Assembly (NCBI GenBank): GCA_965662175.1
Contig: CBFIGT010000020.1
Span: 1-27,319, forward strand
DNA from: Arcobacter sp.
GTDB lineage: Bacteria; Campylobacterota; Campylobacteria; Campylobacterales; Arcobacteraceae
Length of the DNA stretch: 27,319 nt
Direction: 5' to 3'
The notes beneath the pieces were generated by a model. The model was not told the DNA's origin. It did not search any database and worked only from the letters and a program-made list of their open reading frames with translations. The translations under genes and the position numbers were made by a program. Positions 27,241 to 27,319 of this stretch are shown piece after piece. Each line of letters starts with the position of its first letter. Position 1 is the stretch's first letter.

Positions 27241-27319
27241 ACTCTATATCAAACTCATCATTTGGGTCTAGATAATTGTTTTTATAGTATAAAACATGCG
27301 CTGAACTATTTAGTGCTTC
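27215..27319 (-). CDS. 3' end of a convergent gene, possibly a GyrI-like effector domain (e.g. an AraC-family regulator)
   Basis: Open frame from the window edge: EALNSSAHVLYYKNNYLDPNDEFDIEFRVPVKYK*, stop at 27217-27215. The terminal pattern resembles GyrI-like domain ends. Only 34 aa are visible. Confidence 0.5.
   Translation of the reverse strand, partial: EALNSSAHVLYYKNNYLDPNDEFDIEFRVPVKYK

Overview
AT-rich chromosomal window from a Campylobacterota bacterium, probably Arcobacteraceae-like (inferred from gene order and TGnTAnAAT-type promoters). In order it contains: the 5'-truncated 3' part of a giant repeat-rich type I-secreted adhesin (>3100 aa) with a palindromic terminator; an atypical tRNA-Glu(UUC); a ~1.2-kb islet bracketed by a perfect 25-bp direct repeat; a divergent MarR / TolC-MFP-RND efflux locus with paired operators, followed by a small membrane-protein pseudogene; a REC-PAS-PAS-HD-GYP phosphodiesterase; the conserved block aroB-mscS-mtaB-ftsH-like-bioV-mog; an SLC13/DASS transporter; and the end of a convergent gene. 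mtaB carries a single in-frame TAG. The most interesting element lies in the islet: a 138-aa putative BECR-fold RNase gene paired with a convergent, apparently separately promoted, highly structured ~150-nt non-coding RNA whose closing stem overlaps the last codons of the gene. This is a candidate undescribed nuclease-RNA module. All structures were folded by eye and all family assignments come from motif recognition, not database searches.
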